A stretch of DNA of 45,814 bases from a virus (IMGVR_UViG_3300012909_000002:1-45814), one strand, 5' to 3'. Positions 1 to 8,717 are shown, numbered from the stretch's first letter. The notes: a model not told the origin generated them from the letters alone. Numbers and translations: made by a program.

Positions 1-123
1 GGCGAGCTCGACGTGCCGATCATCGTGCTGTCGCAGCTGGCGCGGAAGAGCCTGGACCGGCCCGACCCGCGCCCGAAGATGTCAGACCTGAAGGACTGCG
101 GCGCGTTCGAACAGGACGCCGAC
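1..123. repeat. Terminal direct repeat, copy 1 (circular assembly overlap)
   Basis: Identical to 45692-45814; falls in mid-dnaB and preserves its frame. Confidence 0.97.
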
Positions 124-327
124 GTCGTCGTGCTGCTGCACCGCAAGAACCACCGCGAGGGAGGCGTGACCCAGGCCATCTTTGAGAAGCAGCGCAACGG
201 GCCGACCGGCACGGCCAACCTGACGCTGACACGCGAGACGGTGACGTTCACCGACGGCGGCGAGGAACCGCCCGAAGCACCCAAGCCGGAGCGCGTTACG
301 CCACCTGGTCGTAGACGCCGGAGCTAG
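1..327 (+). CDS. dnaB: Replicative DNA helicase DnaB, C-terminal part (continues from 44627 across the join)
   Basis: ELDVPIIVLSQL..RPKMSDLKDCGAFEQDADVV..KQRNGPTG are DnaB C-terminal motifs; in frame with the 44627 ORF. Confidence 0.95.
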   Translation, partial: GELDVPIIVLSQLARKSLDRPDPRPKMSDLKDCGAFEQDADVVVLLHRKNHREGGVTQAIFEKQRNGPTGTANLTLTRETVTFTDGGEEPPEAPKPERVTPPGRRRRS

Positions 328-340
328 TTGTTGACTACAA
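328..340. promoter_or_regulatory. Palindromic operator, copy 1 (TTGTTG-A-CTACAA)
   Basis: One mismatch from TTGTTG-A-CAACAA; intergenic, upstream of the RuvC-like gene. Confidence 0.6.
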
Positions 341-356
341 TGCGAGGCACAAACTA

Positions 357-812
357 ATGAAGTTCATGGGGATTGACCCAGGGCAGGGTGGCGGCATCTC
401 GGTGCTGTGCATCAAGGGAACGGTGCTCGATGCCGTCAAGATGCCCCGCAGCAACCACGCGCTGCTCGACTTCCTGCGCGAGTGGGACGCACCGATGGTC
501 GTGGCGCTCGAGTTCGTGCGCTCGTCGCCGCAGATGGGCCGGCGCGGCGTGTTCCAGTTTGGCTGGGGGCTGGGGGTGCTCGAAATGGGCCTGACCGCCA
601 GCGGCCTGCACTACAGCGTGGTGACACCGCAGAAGTGGCAACGCGCAATGGCCTGCATGAGCGGTGGCGACAAGAACGTCACCAAGTCGAAGGCCATTGA
701 GTTGTTCCCCGGCAGGAAGATCACGCACTACGTCGCCGACTCGCTGCTGATCGCAGAGTATGCTCGGCGCTACAAGCTCGGACTCGTTCACAAACCAACA
801 AGGAGAAGCTGA
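357..812 (+). CDS. RuvC-like Holliday junction resolvase
   Basis: N-terminal GIDPG, ALE, VTPQKWQ, and ADSLLIA near the C-terminus fit the RuvC/RNase H-fold pattern. Confidence 0.8.
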   Translation: MKFMGIDPGQGGGISVLCIKGTVLDAVKMPRSNHALLDFLREWDAPMVVALEFVRSSPQMGRRGVFQFGWGLGVLEMGLTASGLHYSVVTPQKWQRAMACMSGGDKNVTKSKAIELFPGRKITHYVADSLLIAEYARRYKLGLVHKPTRRS

Positions 813-1282
813 TGTCGAAGACGAAGGCCAAGAAGAACCTGAAGATCGTGAAGCCACCGAAGGCCGCGAAGAAAGCCAAGGCCGCGAAGACCGCGACCTG
901 GAAGCCCGAACGCGCCAGCAAGAAGGCGCTGTCGAACGTGCCGCGGACGCCGCGCGACCGTGCGCTGCCTGGAATGGAAGACGCGGCAATCCAACCGCTC
1001 GAGGAGATCGGTGCCATCTACGCCGACATCCGCGACCAGCGCCAGCGGCTGACGCGCGAGGAGGCCAGCCTGAAGGAGTCGGCCAGGGCGCTGATGCACA
1101 AGCACGGCAAGACGGTCTACCGGTCGAAGACCATCGAGATCGTCCTTCACGCCGGCGCGGAGGACATCAAGGTGAAGGTTCGCGGCGGGGGCGAGAATAC
1201 CGCTGACGCCTCCAACGAGGCTCCAGGCGAGGCGAACACCATGAACGTGGGCGCTGACACCGAAGGCGCAGGCGACGAGTAA
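812..1282 (+). CDS. Hypothetical protein (Lys/Ala-rich N-terminus, short coiled coil)
   Basis: AGGAG RBS, stop/start overlaps at both ends, GC-rich third codon positions. Confidence 0.75.
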   Translation: MSKTKAKKNLKIVKPPKAAKKAKAAKTATWKPERASKKALSNVPRTPRDRALPGMEDAAIQPLEEIGAIYADIRDQRQRLTREEASLKESARALMHKHGKTVYRSKTIEIVLHAGAEDIKVKVRGGGENTADASNEAPGEANTMNVGADTEGAGDE

Positions 1283-2361
1283 TGGCGGCACCGAAGGCGG
1301 GGGGCAAACTGACCAAGGTAGCCCGTGGTCAAATGATTGTAAAACGCGAACCGTTCCGCATCGGCGCGTTCGAACTCAGCGACAACTGGATCGAAGTGCA
1401 TGGGCGCCCCTCGCTTTCGGAATACCAGGGGTGTCTCGACTTTGTCGATCGCACACACAAGGCGGCTGGCTGGTGGCTGGTCGACCTGATCGCCTACGCC
1501 GACAGCCGCGACGACTGGAAGCAGTCGCTCGACGCCATCATCGACAGCGACATCTGCAGCGAGAACACCGCGAAGCAATACCGCTACATCAAGAAGAACG
1601 TGCCGCAGCGCATCGAAGGGGTGCCGTTCGGTCACCACGCCATCGTCGCCAGCCTGGAGCCGAAGGAACAGATCGAGTGGCTCGAGAAGTCCCGCGACGA
1701 GGGGTGGACACAGCGCGAGCTGCAGGTCAGCATCCGCGCCGCGTCACGCACCAAGATCATCAGCGGCCAGGCGCGACTCGAGGGCCAGTATCGCGTCATC
1801 ATGGCCGACTGCCCCTGGACCTACAACGACAGCGGCCCGACGGTCGACGGGTCACTCGGCAAGGCCGAGCGCCACTACCCGGGCATGACCATCGCCGAAC
1901 TCTGCGCGTTGCCGGTGGCCGCTCATGCGATGAAGGACGCGGTGCTGGGTTTCTGGATCACGGCGCCGTTGCTGCTGCAGAACCCAGGCCCACGCGAGGT
2001 GATTGAAGCCTGGGGCTTCGAATACAAGGCGCACCTGGTTTGGGACAAGGTGCTTGGAATGCCGGGACACTACTCGCACGTCACGCACGAACTGTTCTGC
2101 ATCTGCACCCGTGGCAGCGGTGCGCCGGAGATGCCGACCGACTTGCCGAAGTCCATCGTGACGGTTCGCCGCAGGGGTGAACACAGCGAGAAGCCCAAAG
2201 AGTTCGCGGACTACCTGGAGAAGCATTGGCCCAGCGGCCCGTTCCTTGAGCTATTCGCGCGGAAGCCCCGTAAGGGCTGGGCGACGTTCGGTAACGACGC
2301 GCGGCTGTGGGCCGAGGACGCTATCCCCCACCCAGTTGAAGAGGACGAGGTGCCTTTCTAA
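1282..2361 (+). CDS. MT-A70-family N6-adenine methyltransferase with an extra N-terminal helical domain
   Basis: YRVIMADCPW (DPPW variant), AWGFEYK..VWDK, HE, HSEKP, LELFAR..GW..FGN are MT-A70 motifs. Confidence 0.88.
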   Translation: MAAPKAGGKLTKVARGQMIVKREPFRIGAFELSDNWIEVHGRPSLSEYQGCLDFVDRTHKAAGWWLVDLIAYADSRDDWKQSLDAIIDSDICSENTAKQYRYIKKNVPQRIEGVPFGHHAIVASLEPKEQIEWLEKSRDEGWTQRELQVSIRAASRTKIISGQARLEGQYRVIMADCPWTYNDSGPTVDGSLGKAERHYPGMTIAELCALPVAAHAMKDAVLGFWITAPLLLQNPGPREVIEAWGFEYKAHLVWDKVLGMPGHYSHVTHELFCICTRGSGAPEMPTDLPKSIVTVRRRGEHSEKPKEFADYLEKHWPSGPFLELFARKPRKGWATFGNDARLWAEDAIPHPVEEDEVPF

Positions 2362-2555
2362 TGGACAGCAGACTGCGGCGAGTGTTGGAAGAGCGTGTCG
2401 AGACGGCGAAGGATATCAGGCGGTCGAGGCCCGTCGAGGCGCTCGACATCGTCCTGGCCGTGCTGACTGAGTTGTGGACGGAACACGACCTGCGTGAGCA
2501 GGAACGCGACGACCTGATGGACGCAGAACGGGAACGGCAGGAACGCGAAAAATAG
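2361..2555 (+). CDS. Hypothetical protein
   Basis: TAATG coupling to the upstream gene, GAGGTG RBS. Confidence 0.6.
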   Translation: MDSRLRRVLEERVETAKDIRRSRPVEALDIVLAVLTELWTEHDLREQERDDLMDAERERQEREK

Positions 2556-2597
2556 GCCAGAAAATGCGGTGTCGCCACCGCGGAACAGGAACCTGAA

Positions 2598-2864
2598 ATG
2601 GACGCAATGGAACGTGGACTGGCTCTCGCGATGGTGCGCGAGACGAAGGTGGAAGCGATGCGGATCGCCGAGCAGTTGGACGTCTACGCCATCACCAGGC
2701 CGCAGCTTGCCGCCGATGTGAAGGTGCTGGCGTCGAGTGTCGACGCGCTGTGCGCGGTGCTCAAGGCGATACTGGCGCCGACAGAGCAGACCCGCGAGGT
2801 GGCCGAGTTGCTCAGTGAGAACCGCCCCACCACCGGCTTGTCGGATATCGAGGTGACAGGGTGA
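2598..2864 (+). CDS. Hypothetical protein
   Basis: AGGA RBS, helical composition, GTGA overlap with the next gene. Confidence 0.65.
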   Translation: MDAMERGLALAMVRETKVEAMRIAEQLDVYAITRPQLAADVKVLASSVDALCAVLKAILAPTEQTREVAELLSENRPTTGLSDIEVTG

Positions 2865-3091
2865 ACGAGCGCCTTCAGGTCACGCTCCACAAGACCATGG
2901 GTGACGGCACCCAATACGGCTACGCCAAAGCCCCCGGCACCACCAACGGGTTCATCATGGTGCAGCGCAAGGCCGGCGAGCTCGAGTGGCACCAGTGCTA
3001 CGGTAAGGCATGGTATGCACGGTGGACGTCCGTCGCCAACGAGATCGACGCCATGCCAGAACCAGGAGAACGTGATGAGCGCGAGAAGTGA
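2861..3091 (+). CDS. Hypothetical protein
   Basis: GAGGTG RBS, GTGA coupling. Confidence 0.6.
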   Translation: MNERLQVTLHKTMGDGTQYGYAKAPGTTNGFIMVQRKAGELEWHQCYGKAWYARWTSVANEIDAMPEPGERDEREK

Positions 3092-3476
3092 ATTAATACC
3101 CGGCACCGGTTGCCACAGCCACACGCACTACGAGGGCTGTGGCTGCACGTTGCAGAGCCTGTGCTGTGGATGCCTTCCGCCACGCTACCGCCAGCCGAGT
3201 CCGGCGCCGACCGACGAACGTAAGCTCGTTGCCGAGCAGAAGTTCGGCGGCTATCAGCTGCATGTGTTCCAGGAAGGCGAAGACTTCTGGACATGGCTCG
3301 ACACCGAGGTGGCCGAGTGCGATGGCTTGTGCATCGGCGTGGGCAAGAGTATTCGGGCATCACTCACGAATGCGGCCAGGACGCTGACGTCGACGCTGAA
3401 CGCCGCAGGCGAGTTGGACTACCGGCAACGCGCGGCGTCAGCCACGACGCAGGAAGGGGCCACCCGTGGCGTCTAA
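3075..3476 (+). CDS. Hypothetical protein with N-terminal Cys/His module (copy 1)
   Basis: AGGAG RBS before ATG 3075; LIPGTGCHSHTHYEGCGCTLQSLCCGCLPPRY. Confidence 0.7.
   Translation: MSARSELIPGTGCHSHTHYEGCGCTLQSLCCGCLPPRYRQPSPAPTDERKLVAEQKFGGYQLHVFQEGEDFWTWLDTEVAECDGLCIGVGKSIRASLTNAARTLTSTLNAAGELDYRQRAASATTQEGATRGV
3093..3188 (+). repeat. 96-bp Cys/His module repeat, copy 1 (others at 3864-3959 and 4855-4950)
   Basis: Three diverged copies differing mainly at synonymous positions. Confidence 0.9.
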
Positions 3477-3855
3477 GCTCACACCCAAGGAGCAACGCTT
3501 CGTCGACGCCTACCTAGGCAAAGCCAATGGTGTTGCCACTAAAGCGGCACGGCAAGCCGGCTACCGGCAGACCGAAGGTGCGTTGGCCGTGACCGGGAGC
3601 CGGTTGCTCAGGAAAGCTAAGGTTCGTGCAGCCATCCAGGCACGGCAGGCCAAGGAGACGAAGACCAGCATCCTGACCGCCGATGAACGCGACCAGGCGC
3701 TCTCTGATATCGTTCGCAACAAGTTCGCTGACGACAAGGTGCGTATTCGCGCCATCGCCGAGTTGAACAAATGCAACGGGCGCCACAGCATGACGCACAA
3801 CGTGAAGGGCAAGCTGACGCTCGAGGAAGCGTTGGCCGGGAGTCGCCGAGTATGA
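3466..3855 (+). CDS. terS: Terminase small subunit
   Basis: LTPKEQRFVDAYL..ATKAARQAGY..GSRLLRKAKVRAAI N-terminal HTH and RIRAIAEL, typical of TerS. Confidence 0.88.
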   Translation: MASKLTPKEQRFVDAYLGKANGVATKAARQAGYRQTEGALAVTGSRLLRKAKVRAAIQARQAKETKTSILTADERDQALSDIVRNKFADDKVRIRAIAELNKCNGRHSMTHNVKGKLTLEEALAGSRRV

Positions 3856-4625
3856 CGACCGAACTGATACCCGGCACTGGTTGCCACGGCCATACGCATT
3901 ACGAGGGTTGCGGCTGCACGTTGCAGAGCCTGTGCTGTGGATGCCTCCCGCCCCGTTACCGGCAGTCGAGTCCAGTGGAGCCAGCCAAGGCCGCCCCGCT
4001 GACGTCAGCGGCACTAGAGGCGCTGCTGAAGGAGGCGGACTTCGTGACCTCACTCACGCAGGTGGACATCAAAAGCTGCCATCGGTGCAGCAGCAACGGA
4101 ACGCCATGCCGCAAGCACTACCAGTTGGCGCTAATTCCAAACCTCGCCTCCGCCCTCCGCCAGTTGCTCTCCGATCAGTCGGCCACGCACGAGGAACAGA
4201 AGGAGGCGCTGGAGGAAGTCTGCGAGAGTTGTGGGGAACCAGCGACCCACACAACCGCCGATGACGTGGCGGTCTGCGCGGAATGCTTGCGGCAGATTCC
4301 AGCCCCGGCCCTCGCCCTGTTGGAGTCGGCGTCCCCCTGCCGTGGCTGCGGAATGTCGCAGACCTTATGCCTTGATTCCACGCTCCACGGCTGGGATTGC
4401 TGTTCCGCCTGCAACCACGGCCCACTGTCCGAAAAAAGTAGACACATTTCGGACGCCCTCCTGTCGGCCACGGAAGAAGCCGCGTTCAAGGCCGGGTTCA
4501 ACGCCTTTGGGTCAGATGATGACACCGTGTGGGACTTCGACGGGCCACGGCAGACGAGGTGGGAAGCACGGTTATCGAAAGCCCTCGCCGCCTATCGTCA
4601 GTCCAGGGCCGGGAGCGTCAAATGA
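3852..4625 (+). CDS. Mosaic Cys-rich hypothetical protein (Cys/His module copy 2, several CxxC, shared C-terminal module)
   Basis: ATGA overlap with terS; carries both repeated modules. Confidence 0.7.
   Translation: MTTELIPGTGCHGHTHYEGCGCTLQSLCCGCLPPRYRQSSPVEPAKAAPLTSAALEALLKEADFVTSLTQVDIKSCHRCSSNGTPCRKHYQLALIPNLASALRQLLSDQSATHEEQKEALEEVCESCGEPATHTTADDVAVCAECLRQIPAPALALLESASPCRGCGMSQTLCLDSTLHGWDCCSACNHGPLSEKSRHISDALLSATEEAAFKAGFNAFGSDDDTVWDFDGPRQTRWEARLSKALAAYRQSRAGSVK
4462..4497 (+). repeat. 36-bp exact repeat (second copy 5183-5218), encoding SATEEAAFKAG
   Basis: tgtcggccacggaagaagccgcgttcaaggccgggt is identical at both sites. Confidence 0.92.
4579..4625 (+). repeat. 47-bp gene-end/junction repeat (second copy 5273-5319; core GGAGCGTCAAATGA also at 5764-5777)
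   Basis: 44/47 identity; contains RBS, stop codon and the next start (ATGA). Confidence 0.9.
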
Positions 4626-4849
4626 GCGAACCAACCCGGAACTTGTATCGGGTCGCCACGGTTGGCCTCGGCATTCATTACGTCGTCGCCACCGACCCCA
4701 CGACCGCTTATCGAATGATCCGCGATTGGTTCGATGCCGAGGACTACGGCATCGACAGTAAGCGCCAACTGGTTCGGGTTGAACTGGTTGCAGCAACGGG
4801 CCGCTATCCAGACGGGACGGATCGGTTATGGATTCAGGAGTGGAAATGA
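4622..4849 (+). CDS. Hypothetical protein
   Basis: GGGAG RBS and ATGA coupling. Confidence 0.7.
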   Translation: MSEPTRNLYRVATVGLGIHYVVATDPTTAYRMIRDWFDAEDYGIDSKRQLVRVELVAATGRYPDGTDRLWIQEWK

Positions 4850-5319
4850 CGGGACTAATAACCGGCACTGGTTGCTACGGCCACACGCACTACGAGGGAT
4901 GCGGATGCACCGCGCAGAGGCTGTGCTGTGGATGCCCTCCGCCCAGATACCTGCACAAGGAAGGAACAGCGAATGATCTGGAAACTCTTAATCATGCTCA
5001 TCGTCGGAATGGCGTGGGGCTGGATGCTCAAGGGCAGTCGTCGATGACCGCCACGCAGAAGGCGTTCCTGAAGGCGCGTGAGCTTGGAACGCAGGATGGT
5101 GCGACCGACGACAAGAGCGACCAATACATCCTCACCGAGCTTGAGATTCTAGAGGTGCTACAGATGCACGCTGACGACGTGTTGTCGGCCACGGAAGAAG
5201 CCGCGTTCAAGGCCGGGTGGAAGGCAGCGGTAGCCACGACGTTCGGCTCATCGTCCTACGCATCGGTAGAGGAAGCCCTCGCCGCTTTTCGTCAGTCCAA
5301 GGCCGGGAGCGTCAAATGA
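4846..5319 (+). CDS. Mosaic hypothetical protein (Cys/His module copy 3 plus shared C-terminal module)
   Basis: AGGAG RBS, ATGA coupling, both repeats present. Confidence 0.65.
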   Translation: MTGLITGTGCYGHTHYEGCGCTAQRLCCGCPPPRYLHKEGTANDLETLNHAHRRNGVGLDAQGQSSMTATQKAFLKARELGTQDGATDDKSDQYILTELEILEVLQMHADDVLSATEEAAFKAGWKAAVATTFGSSSYASVEEALAAFRQSKAGSVK

Positions 5320-5507
5320 CCAAAGCCCAACGCGCAAACGAAACGACCTACAACGCTGGGCATCGGAAGGGCCGCATCACTGAGCGGCGACGAATCATGA
5401 GGATGCTGGCGGGGCGCGTGGATGCCTACAACGACAACTGCCCGGTCTTGCAGGTTATTCGCCGCATCAAGCAACTCGAAAAGCGGTCGGGGAGCGTGCA
5501 GCCATGA
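5316..5507 (+). CDS. Hypothetical basic protein
   Basis: GGGAG RBS and ATGA coupling. Confidence 0.6.
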   Translation: MTKAQRANETTYNAGHRKGRITERRRIMRMLAGRVDAYNDNCPVLQVIRRIKQLEKRSGSVQP

Positions 5508-5794
5508 GCGAGAAGACGAACAAAGGTTTGCTGGCGGCGAAGGAAGCCTTACTCGCCAAGGTGTGGCGCGACGACGGCTCGATGGGTGACGTGGCGGCCC
5601 TGATCGAGCGCGTGGCGTATGAAGCGGCCCAGCCTGCTGCCATTACGGCGACGAATGACCATGAGCATCAGTTCCCCGAAGTCGATCAGGACGGCACGTT
5701 GGTGGCCTTCCCGTGTCTATTGTGCGGCCTCTCCGCGGGGGATGCCCTGAAACTGGCAGCGGAGGAGCGTCAAATGAGCGACCGCCGTGTCTGA
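5504..5794 (+). CDS. Hypothetical protein (HxH..CxxC)
   Basis: GGGAG RBS, ATGA coupling, overlaps the terL start. Confidence 0.6.
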   Translation: MSEKTNKGLLAAKEALLAKVWRDDGSMGDVAALIERVAYEAAQPAAITATNDHEHQFPEVDQDGTLVAFPCLLCGLSAGDALKLAAEERQMSDRRV

Positions 5795-7319
5795 TGCCGT
5801 GTTCCACCAACTGAAGCGATACCGCGAGGGCCGCGGCATTCTGCAGTTTGTCGACGAGCAGTTCCACGTCAACCTGGACCCATGGCAGGAGAAGGCATGT
5901 CTCGCGTTTGCATCACCGCTGCCGGAGCATCGGCGCATCTCGTTGCAAGCCTGCGCTGGCCCCGGCAAGACCATGGTGGAAGCGATGTGCGGGTGGTGGT
6001 TCTTGAGTTGCCAGGGCGACATGACCGAGCACCCGAAGGGCGGCTGCGTCAGCGTCAGCAAGGAAAACCTGAAGGACAACCTGTGGGCCGAGTTCGCCAA
6101 GTGGCGCGGCGTGAGCACCTACCTGCGGAGCGCGTTCACCTGGACCGGCAACCGCATCTTCGCAAACGACCATCCCGAGACGTGGTTTCTATCCGCTCGA
6201 GCCTGGCCCAAAAGCGCCAACGCTGATGAGCAGGGCAAGACGCTGTCGGGGTTTCACTCCAAGTTCATCCTGTTCCTGATCGACGAGAGCGGTGCCATTC
6301 CCACCACGGTGCTGAGGGCCGCAGAGCAGGGGCTACCGAACACCACGTTCGGCAAGATTCTCCAGGCCGGGAACCCCATCAGCTTGGAGGGAATGCTGCA
6401 CGCCGCGGCGAACCTGCTCCGCAAGCAGTGGTTCATCATCAGGATCACGGGCGACCCGAACGACCCGCAAGCTTGGGTGCATTCCCCGCGCGTGGCGAAT
6501 GTCGAAGAGGGAGTCGAGACGCCGGCGCAGTGGGCGCAGCAGCAGATTGATACCTACGGTCGCGAGAACCCGTGGGTAAAGTCCTACATCCTGGGCGAGT
6601 TCCCCAACGCCAGCATCAACAGCCTGCTGGGCATCGAAGACGTCGAGGCGGCGATGAAGCGGCATCTGCGGTCACCGGAGTATGACTTCGCGCAGAAGCG
6701 GCTGGGTGTCGACGTCGCGCGGTTCGGCGATGACCGCACGGTGATCTTCCCGCGTCAGGGGCTGGCGTGCTTCCGACCCACCGTCATGCGCGTAGCCGAC
6801 ACGATGCAGATCGCGGCACGCGTGATGATGGCGATTCAGAAGTGGGGCGCCGAGGTGACGCTGGTCGACGATACGGGCCATTGGGGTCACGGTGTCATCG
6901 ACGGGCTGCGCACCGCCGGCCAGGCTGTCGTCGGCGTGAACTACGCCGGCAAGGCGATCGACCCTCGATACAAGAACCGCCGCGCAGAGATGTGGCTGCA
7001 GATGGCGAACGCTATCAAGGGTGGCGCCTCGCTGCCGAACCTGCCCGAGATGGTGGCCGAGCTAACGGTGCCGACCTACACGTTCAGCGGTGGCCAGTTC
7101 TTGCTCGAGGAGAAGGACATGATCAAGAAGCGGCTGGGCCGATCGCCTGACCTGGCTGACGGGTTGGCGACCACCTACGCGCTGCCTGATATGCCTGGGC
7201 AGATGATGGAGCAGATCCTTGGCACGTCGAAGGCCAAGACCGGCGATGTTAGTGCGCACTTCCCGATCGGCAGCGGTGGTTCTGGGCGAGTCGAACACGA
7301 CTTCGATCCCAATATGTGA
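5787..7319 (+). CDS. terL: Terminase large subunit
   Basis: Walker A ACAGPGKT, Walker B FLIDES, AGNP coupling motif, nuclease LGVDVARFGDD and RSPDLAD. Confidence 0.95.
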   Translation: MSDAVFHQLKRYREGRGILQFVDEQFHVNLDPWQEKACLAFASPLPEHRRISLQACAGPGKTMVEAMCGWWFLSCQGDMTEHPKGGCVSVSKENLKDNLWAEFAKWRGVSTYLRSAFTWTGNRIFANDHPETWFLSARAWPKSANADEQGKTLSGFHSKFILFLIDESGAIPTTVLRAAEQGLPNTTFGKILQAGNPISLEGMLHAAANLLRKQWFIIRITGDPNDPQAWVHSPRVANVEEGVETPAQWAQQQIDTYGRENPWVKSYILGEFPNASINSLLGIEDVEAAMKRHLRSPEYDFAQKRLGVDVARFGDDRTVIFPRQGLACFRPTVMRVADTMQIAARVMMAIQKWGAEVTLVDDTGHWGHGVIDGLRTAGQAVVGVNYAGKAIDPRYKNRRAEMWLQMANAIKGGASLPNLPEMVAELTVPTYTFSGGQFLLEEKDMIKKRLGRSPDLADGLATTYALPDMPGQMMEQILGTSKAKTGDVSAHFPIGSGGSGRVEHDFDPNM

Positions 7320-7326
7320 AGGGGTT

Positions 7327-7545
7327 ATGAGCTACAGCAATGTGCGTGACCCAGAGGTGCTGGGGTCGTTGGTCGGCAAGCGAGTGGTGGATATCACGCA
7401 GCACGACCCGGAGGAGTTTGCCGAGAACGGCGAGTCGAGGATCTATCTACATTTCGAGAACGGCACAACGCTGTCGTTTCCGATTGGTGACGAAGGGTTC
7501 GATCTTACTGACGTTGAAGGGGGTAGCGATGGCGAAGAGCAGTAG
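7327..7545 (+). CDS. Hypothetical protein
   Basis: GAAGGGG RBS before ATG 7327. Confidence 0.65.
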   Translation: MSYSNVRDPEVLGSLVGKRVVDITQHDPEEFAENGESRIYLHFENGTTLSFPIGDEGFDLTDVEGGSDGEEQ

Positions 7546-7777
7546 CAAGGAACCGTTGAAGATTCTCGTCGAGCGGCTGGGCAAGGTGCAGACCTGGACG
7601 ATCCCCGACGAGCCGTTCAAGGGCAGCGCACGCAAACGTGCCGACTTCGAGAACGGGTTCCGCACGCGCACGTTCGACTTCAACCAGGGCATTGTCACGC
7701 ACAGCTGGGAAGACAAGAGCGCGGCCTGGGTCGACGGCTATCACGCTGCGCAGGATCAGGAGAAGGTCAAGCGATGA
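7529..7777 (+). CDS. Hypothetical protein
   Basis: AAGGGGG RBS, ATGA coupling to the next gene. Confidence 0.65.
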   Translation: MAKSSSKEPLKILVERLGKVQTWTIPDEPFKGSARKRADFENGFRTRTFDFNQGIVTHSWEDKSAAWVDGYHAAQDQEKVKR

Positions 7778-8199
7778 ACCCGCACCTGCAGCGCACCAAC
7801 CGCCTAACACGAATGGTGGCCGCGGTGTCGGACAACGCGAGGCTCGACGTGTCCGAAGCGGAGCAAGGCGACCCCGTGCTGAGTGATGACGGGCAGCGCC
7901 GGTATCGAGCGCAGACGCACGACGTGCAACCTGGAAGGGTGCCGAAGATCACGTTGGTGCGCGATGTGCCGAAGGTGCGAGGCAAGAAAGCTCGAGCCGA
8001 GGAGAAGCGCCAGCGCCGGCTGTTGCGAGAGCGTGAAGAGCGGGAGTGGCGCGAGAGGGAGCAACGACCGTTCGTCGTGCCTGACGGGTTCGAGCGGGTC
8101 GAGCCGCAGGAGTATTCAGAGGTTGAACTGAACTGCAAGGGTTGCGACGGGCCGTGCGGTCGTTGCGAGGAGTTGCGAGACGAGGAAACGGTCAAATGA
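7774..8199 (+). CDS. Hypothetical protein with C-terminal CxxC-x3-CxxC
   Basis: Coupled at both ends; CKGCDGPCGRC. Confidence 0.6.
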   Translation: MNPHLQRTNRLTRMVAAVSDNARLDVSEAEQGDPVLSDDGQRRYRAQTHDVQPGRVPKITLVRDVPKVRGKKARAEEKRQRRLLREREEREWREREQRPFVVPDGFERVEPQEYSEVELNCKGCDGPCGRCEELRDEETVK

Positions 8200-8714
8200 T
8201 TGTAAGACAGGCAACCGAAGCCGACGAACTGCGGCTCGTCGAGATGATGACCAGGTTCCTGCTGTCGACGCCCTATGGCCGATGGGTGCAGCCGACGCCG
8301 GAGCAGTCGCTCGAGTTCGTGCAGCTGATCCTGAAGATCGGCGGCGTGTTCGTGGTCGAGCGCGATAGTGGCCGGCGTGTTCCTGGTGTCTGCGTCGACA
8401 TCGACGGCAATGAATGGCACGCGCCAGGCGGCTGCGATGTGTGCAAGCCGGTGCTGGTCGGGATGCTGGCCGGCATCATCGCCCCGCACCCGATGCACGG
8501 CGAAATGCACGCCGACGAAGTCGCCTGGTGGGTCGAGCCGGAGCATCGCGGTGGCCGCGCAGCCTACCGTATGTTGCGGTCGTTTGAAGAGTGGGCGCGA
8601 CAGAATGGTGCAATTGTGGTAAAAATGGTCGCGCCAACCGGCTCCGCTGTTGGCGGCTTCTATCAACGCTTGGGCTACTCGCCTGTCGAGTGCATGTTCG
8701 CGAAGAGATTGTGA
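8196..8714 (+). CDS. GNAT-family acetyltransferase
   Basis: MIVRQATEAD, WWVEPEHRGGRAA..LRSFEEWAR..GA, FYQRLGY. Confidence 0.88.
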   Translation: MIVRQATEADELRLVEMMTRFLLSTPYGRWVQPTPEQSLEFVQLILKIGGVFVVERDSGRRVPGVCVDIDGNEWHAPGGCDVCKPVLVGMLAGIIAPHPMHGEMHADEVAWWVEPEHRGGRAAYRMLRSFEEWARQNGAIVVKMVAPTGSAVGGFYQRLGYSPVECMFAKRL

Positions 8715-8717
8715 CCT

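Noticed and set aside
1-123. Biological terminal repeat or att site
   Set aside because: It lies in mid-dnaB and is an exact end-to-end duplication, as expected from assembler overlap on a circular or permuted genome.
3093-4950. Diversity-generating retroelement TR/VR pair (expected in some BPP-1-like phages)
   Set aside because: No reverse transcriptase ORF was recognised. Differences among the three copies are mostly synonymous rather than confined to adenines, and the repeats are N-terminal.
4462-5319. CRISPR or mini-array interpretation of the 36-bp repeats
   Set aside because: There are only two copies, 720 bp apart, in frame within genes, with no regular spacers and no cas genes. The Cas4-like nuclease sits in the recombination module.
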